From positions 768,001-832,000 of the forward strand of contig CAVXLD010000003.1 of the NCBI GenBank assembly GCA_963762565.1: DNA of 64,000 nt, given 5' to 3'. A program made the position numbers and the translations under genes. The stretch comes from an uncultured Verrucomicrobiae bacterium. Its GTDB lineage: Bacteria > Verrucomicrobiota > Verrucomicrobiia > Chthoniobacterales > JAFAMB01. The notes below the pieces were generated by a model, which was not told where the DNA came from, ran no database searches, and saw nothing but the letters and a program-made list of their open reading frames with translations. Positions 1 to 10,541 of this stretch are shown here, piece after piece. Position 1 is the first letter of the stretch, and the number at the start of each line of letters is the position of its first letter.

Positions 1-2435
1 GAATCGCTTAAGAACCGGTTCTTGCGGGAAGCCCGCGCCGCCGCATCGTTGCGGCACCCGTACGTCGCCTCGATCTACTATCTTGGGTCGACTGAGGCCT
101 CCTATTTCTACGCGATGGAGTTAATCGAGGGACAAACCCTCGACGCATATATCACCCAGCATGGACCGCTCGACGCTAAGTTAGCGCTAGAGATCACCAT
201 CCAGATTACTTCCGCGCTGGCCGCCGCTCATCAGGCTGGGCTCGTTCATCGCGACATCAAACCTGCCAACATTATCCTGACTCGGGACAGCCACGGCCAG
301 ATAACCGCGAAAGTCATCGATTTCGGGTTAGTCAAGTTGACCACTGGCGACGTTGAAGACTCGTCTGCTTCGGAGCCTGGGATTTTCTTGGGAACCCCCA
401 GGTATGCTAGTCCCGAACAGATCAGCTGCGGGGCGGTTGATATCCGCTCGGATCTATACTCGGTTGGGGTAACCTTGTGGCAGATGTTGACTAAATCGGC
501 GCCGTTCATCGGAACGCCTTCGGAAGTAGCCGCTCAACACTTGCAAGCGCCCTTGCCGATCAGCAAATTAAAATACTTCCCCCAGCCAGTGGTGGCGTTG
601 CTAACGCACGTACTGGAGAAAGACCCGAAAGACCGGCCGCAAACGCCGGATGATCTTGTTGGCAATACTCCGAGCAACGCAGCGGAATCTCACAGCTCCA
701 AAATCGCTGACATCCGCGAGTGCCGGTCCGATCCGAGCCCGATTCTACGTAGGCAAGGTAGGGTATGTCATCGGCGCAGCGGCCTCATTGTAGCTGCCGC
801 GTTAGCCTCTTATTTTTATTTTTATCGAGGCGCGCCCGCTCCCGAGATGACCGGAAGATCCGTCGCAATCTTGCCGTTTGATAACGTCGGCGGAGATAAA
901 CAGAACGATTATCTAAGCGACGGCTTAACTACCGAGGTGATTTTCGAGCTATCTAAAATGGCCAGTCTTCGGGTTATCTCGCGAGACTCCGTCCTGGGAT
1001 ACAAAGCTACGCCGGGAATTCCTAGGAAGTCGCTGCAAGAGATCGGAAAGGAACTAAACGTCGATACCGTCCTAGAGAGCAGCATCCAACGGTTGAATGA
1101 TCAAATCAAAATCATCGCCGTGCTCTATGACGCAAAAGCAATAAGCGGATTTGGGGTGCCGCCTACAACCGGGAAATGAAGGATCTATTCGCAATTCAGA
1201 CCGATGTAGCTGAAAATCTGGCTGCCGCCCTGCAGGTACGGCTGACGGCACTGGAGCGCGATCAAATCCAGCGGAAGCCAACGGAGAATTTCACCGCTTA
1301 TGACCTGTATCTTCAGGCTCAAGCTTACTACGGGCTTCGCCACAAAGACGACAATGAGAAAGCGATAGACCTTTTCCGCCAGGCCTTGGAATTGGATTCA
1401 AACTTCGCCCAGAGCTACGCAGGATTAGCGAGCGCCTACATCGATCGATATGTTCGATTTGGTCAGGAAGCGTTTTGGGTGGATTCGGCCATTGATGAAT
1501 GCAAAAAGGCAATATCGATAGACCAGAATCAGGCGTACTCGTGCGTGGTGCTCTCAGGGCCCTGGTTGAAGAACTTGTTTGACCAGGCAACCGAGGCGGT
1601 AAATCAAGCTTTGCGGTTGGCGCCGAACAACAGCGAGGTCAATTTCAGAGCCGGTAGCTTGATGTTAAATTCGGCGGTAAGCCCGGAAGCTTACGCCTTA
1701 CTGCGAAAAGCTTATTCTCTTGATCCCAACGATCCTCGGAAAGCGTATTTGTTGGCTTATATCTGCGCTATCATCGGAGAAGACGACTTGCGCGAGAAAT
1801 GGATGCAAAAAACGATCCAGCTCGAAAGCGATCCCGACCGACGCAAACTACTAGAATGTGAACGGCTGGTTCAAAGACGCGAATACCAAACGGCGTATGA
1901 GGCGTTGAAAAACCTACCCGACCAGCTAGTCGCCTACGGTCCGTCCGCTCTGGATTTACGAATCGAATGCGCAGAACGTTTGGGCGATTGGGCATCCGTG
2001 ATTCAGGGGGTACAGGCGAAAGCCGCCACCGATCTCTCGTCCCAGTTCCATCTGACTCTTACCTATCAATTATCGGGAAATATTACCAAGGCCAGTTCCG
2101 AGGCAACGACACTGCAGACGCGAGCGAAGGCAGTTCTCAGCATCCATCCCACTGATCGCGACGCGAAATATTATCTCGCTTTCAGCGACCGTCTCCTGGG
2201 GCGCAACAATGAAGCGAGCGAGATCTTGCGCCAGCTTTTCCCTGTATCAATCATCCCGTCACCGAATGCGCTGAGCTTATTGCGCGATGATCCTTCCCTG
2301 GATGTTTTTAAGCAAGATGACAGCTTTAAGGAATTGGTGGCGGGGGATGAAAGAGGGACAACGAAACCCGAACTCGTATTGTTGAGATCGAAAAAAACTC
2401 TCGCTAGTGAGACGTTGGCCCGTCGTATTTTTTAA
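1..2435 (+). CDS. Ser/Thr protein kinase with TM segment, TolB-like domain and TPR repeats (5' truncated by window; frameshifted)
   Basis: Kinase motifs HRDIKPANI, DFG and GTPRYASPEQ; hydrophobic LIVAAALASYFYFY; SVAILPFDN..DYLSDGLT TolB-like block; TPR-like helices (AYDLYLQA, AIDLFRQALELDSNFAQSYAGLA) in ORF 1176..2435. Frame breaks near 660-780, 1140 and 2350. Confidence 0.9.
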
Positions 2436-2542
2436 GTCCGCGATAGCGAGTATGGAAACTGTTGATGCACTACGAGAGATCAACTGCTGCATTGAAACTT
2501 CTGACGAGATTTGGTTTATATATTTTTTGAAACGCAACTGTC

Positions 2543-3196
2543 ATGCCTGGCCCATCATTTACAAAATCAAAAAAGGGCGGAGGAGTGCTACCGCTCGGTA
2601 AACGAAACCTTGAAGATCTCGCTACCAAGTTCCTCCCGAATGCTTATCCGACATTCCATAAGCTGGTGACCGACCGGGTCACGCATAGGCCCACCTCAGT
2701 AGCGGTATACGGGATTACTGCAACCAAGACAGGTTCTGATCCCCGATTATCAACACCGTTAGCGCAACTTACACTTGGGGACGTCATCGGACTCTTAGAT
2801 CAATTCAGTTTCCAGATCGATACCTATCTAAGTGGAACTAAGATAAAGGGCGATTCTTATGTGTTGAAAGGTGAATCCCCGAATCCGGGTGAGGCATTGG
2901 CGAACAAGCGCTCATTTACTACCAAGTTAAGCCAACTAAGCTTGCTCAATATTGTCGAATTGCTACCTCAAGCGACATTCTCTTTGAATTCCAAATCATA
3001 CATCATCTCGGGTGGAGTCGAGAACGATGTAGAAGATGAGGCGATAAAGAATTCTCATCTGAAGACCCCGGTTGCCACGCTGACTCCGAAATACCTTCTC
3101 ATACTAACTCGTTTCTTCCGATTTACGAGCATGCCTGCTAACCCTGGGCACGGGACGACTGGCATAGTTGCGTTCAACAAAGTTTTTGGCGAATAG
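2543..3196 (+). CDS. Hypothetical 217-aa protein with three degenerate internal repeats; candidate ATP-grasp substrate/precursor
   Basis: Clean ATG ORF ending 6 bp before the ATP-grasp-like gene. Repeats: LSTPLAQLTLGDVIGLL, FTTKLSQLSLLNIVELL, LKTPVATLTPKYLLILT. Confidence 0.75.
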   Translation: MPGPSFTKSKKGGGVLPLGKRNLEDLATKFLPNAYPTFHKLVTDRVTHRPTSVAVYGITATKTGSDPRLSTPLAQLTLGDVIGLLDQFSFQIDTYLSGTKIKGDSYVLKGESPNPGEALANKRSFTTKLSQLSLLNIVELLPQATFSLNSKSYIISGGVENDVEDEAIKNSHLKTPVATLTPKYLLILTRFFRFTSMPANPGHGTTGIVAFNKVFGE

Positions 3197-3202
3197 CTGC
3201 GC

Positions 3203-3940
3203 TTGATTCTATTAATTAGCCGCACGCAAGACGCTTTGTGCATCGACTTAGCCAGAGGGCTGCAAGAGTGCGGATGCCGGGTGCAAGTGATACCGGAGCT
3301 ATTTCTCAGTCCGGCGGAACTGTCCTGGTGGCTAGGCTCTGAAAGGGGGGCAACCAGCTACCGGTCGCAATCGGGAGAGATGATTTCCGATCAGGATATT
3401 TCTGGCGTTATTTTGCAAAGGAATCCATTCATGCAGGACGATGGGCAGGGGCTTAACGAAGATGTGTATGTCTATGCCGAAAAGGAAGCTGCTCTGCTCG
3501 GTTGGGTATGGGGATTAAGCTGCCCCGTCATAAACCGTTACCCTCCCGAGCTGTGGTTTGAGCCGATCGAATCATTGGAATTTTGGCGCGGGCGGGTAAG
3601 CGTTTCGGACTGGAATTGATAGCCGTGGGGGCCGAGCAAACGGCTTCCTGCTATTCGGTTGCCGTAATCGGTTCACGGGTTATCTGGGACCAAGGCGCCG
3701 CAGAGGCTAGAATGCACGAACGGTCCTCTAATTAAATTCACCAAATCGCTTGGTCTGGCTATCTCGTGCCGGATTACGGATTCCTTGGGTAAGCCGAAGA
3801 TTTCAGGAGTAGAGCCATTCCCGACGTACGATGGGTTCTGCGTGCCAAGCCGGCGGGAGATCGTTACTGAACTGATCCGTTTGATTACTGCGTCCAAAAG
3901 GGAAGTCTCCTCGCGTACCGCAGCCGACTCATGGTTTTAG
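3203..3940 (+). CDS. Degenerate/shortened ATP-grasp-like protein (frameshifted)
   Basis: N-terminus MILLISRTQD..DISGVILQR..AEKEAALLGWVWGLSCPVINR resembles the pre-ATP-grasp domain. Reading across shifts near 3600 and 3725 gives SVAVIGSRVIW..KSLGLA..KISGVEPFP..WF* ending at 3940, overlapping the next start. Confidence 0.65.
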
Positions 3941-4861
3941 TGTGTGGCGACCCATCCGAGCCGGTGACTGCATTCCTTTGCTGCAGGCTGGCGCTGCTCA
4001 AGATTGATTATCACGTATTGGACCTTGGCAAATTTCCGGGAGAATCTGCTTTAGAGTGGATTTGGGCCGATGGCCGGCCTTCCGGGTCAATATCGACCAA
4101 GGATTGGAAGATCGAGTTAGCACAGCTTAGCGGTGTCTATTTTCGAAGCGTCGACGTCGATGAATTGGACGCAGCAGGAGAGACAACGAAACCAACTGGC
4201 GGAGCCTACCCTCGGCCTGAGTTCAACTTGCCGCCATGCTGAACAGCCTCCCGTGCCGAGTCGTCAATCGGCCTGGGGCAACCTACTCAAATCGCAGCAA
4301 ACCTTATCAGGCCCTGATAATTCGCCAATTCGATTTCAATATTTCGCGAACCCTGATCACCAATGATCCTGAAAGCGCCCGAAATTTCTACGACGGATGC
4401 GATGGGAAGGTGATCTTTAAATCCATTGGCGGTCTAAGTTCGATGGTGCGGCTGATGAACAAGGAAGATCTCGAACGCTTGGCGCTCGTGGAGAACTGTC
4501 CGACCCAGTTTCAGGAATATATTCCCGGCGACAATATTCGGGTGCACGTCATCGGCGAGCCGGGCCTGTTTCCGGTCCGGATCCAGTGTGATGCTGTCGA
4601 CTACCGGTATGCGGGACAGGAGGGCTATGCCCGGACCATGGTTCCCACCAACCTTCCTGCGGGCGTCCAGAACAATTGCGTCAGACTCGCGAAAAAAGTC
4701 TTGGACTCGCCATGGCCGGAATCGATCTGAAAGAAACGCCGGCTGGTGAGTATTATTGTTTCGAGGTCAACACTTCTCCGGCCTTCCCGTTTTACGAGTC
4801 GCCGGTCCGACCAACCGTGGCAGATGCTCTAGCGGAATTTCTTGCTGGCAGGAACACTTAA
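3931..4861 (+). CDS. RimK/MvdC-like ATP-grasp ligase (frameshifted into three ORFs)
   Basis: Motifs VVNRP, SKPYQ, RTLITNDP, VIFKS, PTQFQEYI, RVHVIG, DYR, LGLAMAGIDL and YCFEVNTSP across ORFs 3931..4242, 4236..4730 and 4676..4861. Confidence 0.88.
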
Positions 4862-5248
4862 GGAAGTCAGCGCCCGGCCAGGTTTTAAAAACGAAAAACG
4901 CGAGGCTCAGAATCCTTTTCTGAAACCGCGTCTCCAAAAATCATTAATACTGAAACGGGACACCCTCCAATCCACTCGGTGCGGAAGTCCCAACATAGCG
5001 AGCCAGCGCGGGGATGACCCGCAACCAAAACGTAGCCGAATGGCAAAACAGGCCGCTCGGGTCGGAACCGCCCGAGCGGCCACGCTTCGCGAATAGCCAA
5101 TAGCCGATAGCCAATGGTTCTTCGGCGATGGTTTTAGAGGTTCCGAGCGAATCGAAAGGGAAGACCCAGCCATTGAAATGTTGCCAGGCCGCTCTTCGTC
5201 GGTTGGCTATCGGCTATCGGCTATTGGCTATTGGCTATGCGCGTAGCG

Positions 5249-5611
5249 CTAGAATGGCTTATACAGCGCGAGCCATGCTCCTAGCCCCACGAGCACGGCC
5301 AGGTACACCAGCATGGATACTTGGAACCGGGCGAAACGGCGGACCAAAACCGCGGAAGCGCCCGCCAACAACCAGATGATCACCTTGCCCCAGACCCAAC
5401 CCGGTAGGTTCTTGCCGATCCCGAGTTGGATCAACATGATGAATCCGGTAATTAAGAGGAGAATCAGTCCAATGCCGTGCGAGATGGCAAAGATCCGCCG
5501 GGTAGTAGAAGGACCCGGGGAAACCGCATTATAAGCAAGCGCCCCAGCCAACCCCATAAAGGTTAAGGCTAAGGCGATCAGGTGGAAAACTTTCAGGGTT
5601 AGATAGGACAT
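5249..5611 (-). CDS. Small 4-TM membrane protein (SirB2/DUF2269-like)
   Basis: MSYLTLKVFHL..SHGIGLILLLITG..WVWGKVIIW..LYKPF, four hydrophobic segments. Confidence 0.75.
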   Translation of the reverse strand: MSYLTLKVFHLIALALTFMGLAGALAYNAVSPGPSTTRRIFAISHGIGLILLLITGFIMLIQLGIGKNLPGWVWGKVIIWLLAGASAVLVRRFARFQVSMLVYLAVLVGLGAWLALYKPF

Positions 5612-5857
5612 GCGGCGAACTCGCCTGAAGCTCGTTCGCCGAATGACAAATGACAAATGGCAGATGACAAATGGACGATGCGCTGGGTCGCATCTGCGTT
5701 TCCGAATCTGTCATTTGTCATCTGTCATCTGTCATTCCGCCGGCAGCCGCTGATGGGTCAGCAGACAGAATGTGGTCCGTTATCATCCGGCCTGTGCTGC
5801 TGCACTGTCGGCGGCCGCTTGCTTTTACCGAGCCCGACCTGAATGCTGTAAACGCTT

Positions 5858-6664
5858 ATGGATGCTCAACCGATCACTGTTGTCGATGCATTTACCAATG
5901 TCCCGTTCGCCGGAAATCCAGCTGCGGTTTGTGTTCTTAAACAGGAACAATCAGCGGACTGGATGCAATCGGTTGCCAAAGAAATGAACCTTTCAGAAAC
6001 GGCGTTTCTGCTTTCTGAGGGCGACCATATTTATCGTCTTCGTTGGTTTACGCCGAAGGTAGAAGTGAAACTGTGTGGACACGCCACGTTAGCTTCGGCG
6101 CATGTTTTATGGGAGGAAGGTCAGGCAGTCAGCTCTAAGCCTATTCATTTCGAGACCTTGAGCGGGCGACTAACCGCCGAACAGAAGGAGGCAGGTTGGA
6201 TTGCTATGAATTTTCCTTCCCGATTTGTGAGCGACTCGGATGCTCCGCCCGAAGTCCGTCAAGGCTTGGGGGCTGAACCATTATTTGCGGCTAAATATGA
6301 TTCCGGGTACCTGGTAGAGCTCGCTAACAAAGAAGTTTTGCTAGGGATCAAGCCAGATTTTGCCCGGTTAGTCCAAAGCGGGTGCGGCCGCCTCATCGTG
6401 ACTACCCAGGCGCAACCCGGTGACGAATACGATTTCTTTTCCCGGTTCTTTGCCCCGGATGCAGGGATCGATGAAGACCCGGTAACAGGTTCCGCCCATT
6501 GTGTGCTCGGACCGTACTGGGCAACGAAGCTGGGTAAGACCGAACTCCGAGCGTTCCAATGTTCCGAACGGGGTGGGGAACTGCGCTTGTCGGTTCAAGG
6601 CGATCGGACCGTTTTGCAAGGACGCGCTGTGACCGTGTTGAAAGGGCAGTTGTTGGCAAGGTAA
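5858..6664 (+). CDS. PhzF family isomerase/epimerase
   Basis: VDAFT..FAGNPAAV, EMNLSETAF, LRWFTPKVEVKLCGHATLA, EDPVTGSAH. Confidence 0.95.
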   Translation: MDAQPITVVDAFTNVPFAGNPAAVCVLKQEQSADWMQSVAKEMNLSETAFLLSEGDHIYRLRWFTPKVEVKLCGHATLASAHVLWEEGQAVSSKPIHFETLSGRLTAEQKEAGWIAMNFPSRFVSDSDAPPEVRQGLGAEPLFAAKYDSGYLVELANKEVLLGIKPDFARLVQSGCGRLIVTTQAQPGDEYDFFSRFFAPDAGIDEDPVTGSAHCVLGPYWATKLGKTELRAFQCSERGGELRLSVQGDRTVLQGRAVTVLKGQLLAR

Positions 6665-7283
6665 CGGCGAATGGGCGATTGGGCGCACCGGCGAACCGGC
6701 GAAGGGGCGATCGAAGATGGGGAGGGATCGCGTCCTCGCGATCCGTGGTTCGAGGAGGCGCGCGTCGTCTGAGCCCAGGACGTTTCAAGATCTAACGGCC
6801 TGGAATCGTGGTTGGGTCGTTACCCAGTCATACGGCGTCGAATCGGTCTAATCTCGCCATATCCCGGACACACCTGTCGCTCCGCAAATAACGGATCGCG
6901 GGGACGCGATCCCTCCCGGCCTTCGGCCCAATCCCACACACATAAGCAACGCACCTGTCGGCTTTTGAACAGCGTTGCGCAAAAAACGCGACAGCGGACG
7001 GCAGAACGCCTCTTTGCGTATTCACCGCTCCCGGAGGTGGCGACCCCTTCGGCCTCGCAAGCGAGGCAGCGCTCCACGGGTGGCGACCCCTTCGGTCTCG
7101 CAAGCGAGGCAGCGCTCCACGGGTGGCGCCCCTCGGCTCGGCAGTCTTCTGGCACAACGAACCAATAGGCGCAATAGACTAGCGGCTCTGCGACACTTTT
7201 TAGGCCGTTCCGGAGCCTCGCCCCACCAAAGTACGCCTCGGCGCGGCACGCATCCCGCTGTAAGCCGTCTCTTTCGCCAGTTT

Positions 7284-8498
7284 ATGAATTTAGCTGACCT
7301 AAGACGTACGGGACATTGGCCCACTTTGTTGTCTGCTTTTCTTTATTTTGATCTGAGTTTCATGGTTTGGACGGTCCTCGGTCCGTTGGCGGCGCAAATT
7401 GGAGAATACCTCAAATTATCGCCTGGACCAGAAAGGGTTGATGGTCGCAGATCCCGATCTTGGCCGGCGCGGTCTTGCGGATCTTGCTCGGTTTGCTGGT
7501 GGACCGGATCGGCGCCAAGAACACCGGGATCCTGGCTCAACTCATTGTGATCGCCGGTCTTCTCCTGGCGTGGGCGATCGGGCTGAATTCATTTCCAGCG
7601 GCTCTCGCGCTCGGTGCAATCTTAGGTTTTGCCGGCGCAAGTTTCGCAGTCGCCTTACCGCAAGCTGGACGTTGGTACCCGCCCAATCTTCAAGGGTTCG
7701 TGCTGGTTTGGCTGGAGCCAGCAACATCGGGGTGGTGCTCGACAGCTTGCTTGCTCCTCGATTAGCGACCGCCTACGGCTGGCGAACAGTGTTTGGGCTA
7801 GCCGTGATCCCGGCGGTGGTTGTTTTGGTGATTTATGTGTTGGTCTCGCGCGGGAGTTCCGCGGACCGGAGCTCCGCCCAGACGGTTAACCGATTATCTT
7901 GTCCTTGTTACGTGATCAGGACGCGCATTGGTTCTGCTTTTATTATACGGTTAGTTTCGGCGGTTTTGTTGGGCTCGCCAGTTCGTACGTCCTCATCTTT
8001 AAGGATGAATTCGCGATTTCTCCGGTGAGTGCCGGCGACCTGGCCGCCGTCTGCACCTTTGCCGGTGCTGTCCTACGGCCAATCGGCGGTGGAACTGCCG
8101 ACCGGTTCGGCGGTATCCGGGTTCTCCATTGGTTTTATTTCGGGGCAGCCTTGTTCCTGATATTGAGTATACTTGTCTAGCCAGATCGCGACGAAACTGC
8201 TGTTCTTTCACCGCTGCATCTGGAGCTCTGGGAATGGCTAATGGAGCAGTGGTTCAGCTGCTTCCTCAACGTTTCGGGAAAGAAATCGGCTTGATGGCCC
8301 GGCCTCGTTGGCGCAGGCGGCGGAGTCGGCGGTTTTTATCTGGCGAGCTCACTTGGTTATTCCAAAGCCGTGACTGGCTCGTTCACGCTCGGGTTCTTAA
8401 TTTTTCCGGCTCTATGTCTGGTTGCATTGGGCGCTCTCGGCCTGGTGAAAGTTCGTTGGCGTGACGCGTGGGGAGCCATGGCTGATGCGCGGATATAG
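7284..8498 (+). CDS. narK: NarK/NasA family nitrate/nitrite MFS transporter (multiple frameshifts)
   Basis: GHWPTLLSAFLYFDLSFMVW, GAVLRILLGLLVDRIG, GFAGASFAVALPQAGRWYPP, YTVSFGGFVG, LRPIGG..ADRFGG and GMANGAVVQLLPQRF across frames. Confidence 0.88.
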
Positions 8499-8597
8499 GG
8501 GCCTCTTTCGTCCTCGTGCTCGGGGACGCAGGGCGCCTGGGAAAAATGTAGCGCGGAGTAAATGGAAAGGTGAGTGGAGTAACGGAGTGGTGGAGTA

Positions 8598-10218
8598 ATG
8601 GGGGAACTGGCAAAATCAACGATCACCGCAAAGCAGCTGATTGAAGAGGCTCTCGCCGAACAGCGGCTTTTCACGCCGGTAGCTGAGTTTAGTCGCAGGC
8701 ATCCAAAACGCTGGCGAGGGGGATTCAGTTAGTCTCAGTATCAAGATCTGATCCCGCTTTCCGCACCTGGTGCAGGGCGAACAATACGCGTTTACGGTAG
8801 ATCTTGATTCTTGCTCAGGTTGTAAAGCGTGTGTGAGCGCTTGCCATAGCCTGAACAGGCTGATGATGAACCTGGCGCGACGTCGGACTCCTCTTCGGCT
8901 CAACCGTTGACGGGTCGGTGCTACAGACAATCACCGCTGCCTGCCATCATTGTCTGGAGCCCGCTTGCCAACTCGGGTGCCCGGTGAAATGCTTATGATA
9001 AGGACCCAGTAACCGGCATTGTGCGGCACTTGGATGATCAATGTATCGGTTGCCAATATTGCATCTTCAAATGCCCGTATGATGTACCCGAATATTCGCC
9101 GGCGCGCGGCATTGTGCGGAAGTGCGATATGTGCCATCAACGGCTTGGCGTTGGGGAGGCTCCGGCTTGCGTGCAAGCCTGTCCCACTCATGCGATCCGA
9201 ATCACCAAGGTGAGTCGGGCTGAGGTCCTGGCGCAGTCACCCAGTCCACTCGTGCCTGGCGCCACTGACTCTGGGTACACCAAACCCACAACGCGTTACC
9301 TGCGACAAACACCGTTACCCGCCGCTTTGGAGACTCCTCCTGAGCGCTCCATTAGACGCGAGCACGCACACCTGCCTTTAGTGGCGATGTTATGTCTTAC
9401 CCAATGGTCCCTCGGCTGTTTCGTTGTTTTCCTCATCCTAAATCTACGAACGGCGGGAGCGCGTCCGCCTCGAGCCAGCTCACCGCCGCCTCTTTGTTGA
9501 CCGTGACCGGTGTGTTTACCCTTCTTGCCGGAATCGGGGCCAGCTTATTTCACTTAGGCCGGCCGTTTCAGGCCTGGAAAGCGTTTCTAGGTTTTCGGAC
9601 TTCGTGGTTAAGCCGCGAAATTGTGATGTTTGGTGTTTACGCATTTGCGTGCCTGGTATGGAACGTTTGGTTCTTGCGAGCTGCTCTCGGGTGTTTCACC
9701 GCGGTTGATCACGCTATGCTCACCACATTGATCGTTCTCGGTGCGGTCGCTGTTTATTGCTCGATCATGGTGTATGTCGATACCCGCCGCGCTTTTTGGC
9801 GCTGGGCGTTGACTGCTCCGAAATTCGCTGGGACCGCGATATTACTCGGTCTAGGGGCCGGATTTCTTTTTGTGATCGAGATGCGGTAATTGCGACCGGG
9901 TTGATGGCGGTATCGTTGCTCAAACTCGTTTTCGAAGCCGGGTTCCTCCTGATTCATGCCCGGAGCACCGATCGGAGCCCAAACAAACGGAGCGCCTCGG
10001 TCATGCTGCGGGCTTGTAGCCCAACCGTAATCTGGCGTTTCATCTTTGGAGTACTCGGCGGCGTTGTTATTCCGATGCTCGCACTAGGCGCTACACTTCC
10101 TCTCAATGTAAAATTGGTTGCGTTCTGTCTGTGTCTTTCCGGAGAAATTTTAGAGCGCGTTCTATTTTTTGAAGCGGTAGTCCCCGATCACATGCCAGGC
10201 ATATCGCTACGCGAATAG
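8598..10218 (+). CDS. 4Fe-4S ferredoxin domain fused to DmsC/YnfH-type membrane anchor (frameshifted)
   Basis: Cys motifs [26 protein letters not shown] and CDMC..ACVQACP, then [31 protein letters not shown] and [10 protein letters not shown]. Confidence 0.85.
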
Positions 10219-10541
10219 CCAATAGCCAATAGCCGATAGCCAAAATGGGGTCGCCACGCGTGGAGCGTTGCCTCGCTTGCGAGGCCGTGGTGAGCAGGGC
10301 TGAGGACGAGGCACTCCAATAGACGGGCTTCGCTCTCTCGTGCGTATAAACGGCCTGAACTGCGATACAGAGCGCTGACAACAATTGGGTATCCATCACG
10401 ATATTCCTTGTTCACCATCGGCCTCGCAAGCGAGGCAACGCTCCACGGGCCGCGGCCCATTTGGCTATTGGCTATCGGCTATGCGCGCAGCGCGCAGCGC
10501 CCGGTACGCGACCTGCTGATTACTAATCCAAGTAGTTAGGG

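Noticed and set aside
7036..7128. Two 27-bp palindromic repeats in tandem as a mini CRISPR array
   Set aside because: The intervening sequence is itself repeated (43-bp tandem unit), copies are dispersed and often inverted, and no cas genes are present.
7150..7168. Possible sigma-54 promoter (TGGCAC) upstream of narK
   Set aside because: The -12 TTGC element is missing (tggcacaacgaaccaat).
6559..7283. ORFs containing SASQARQRST / ERCLACEA / GLASEAALH peptides (also near 10.2, 19.6, 38, 51.5, 55.8 and 62.3 kb)
   Set aside because: Translations of repeat family A, not genes.
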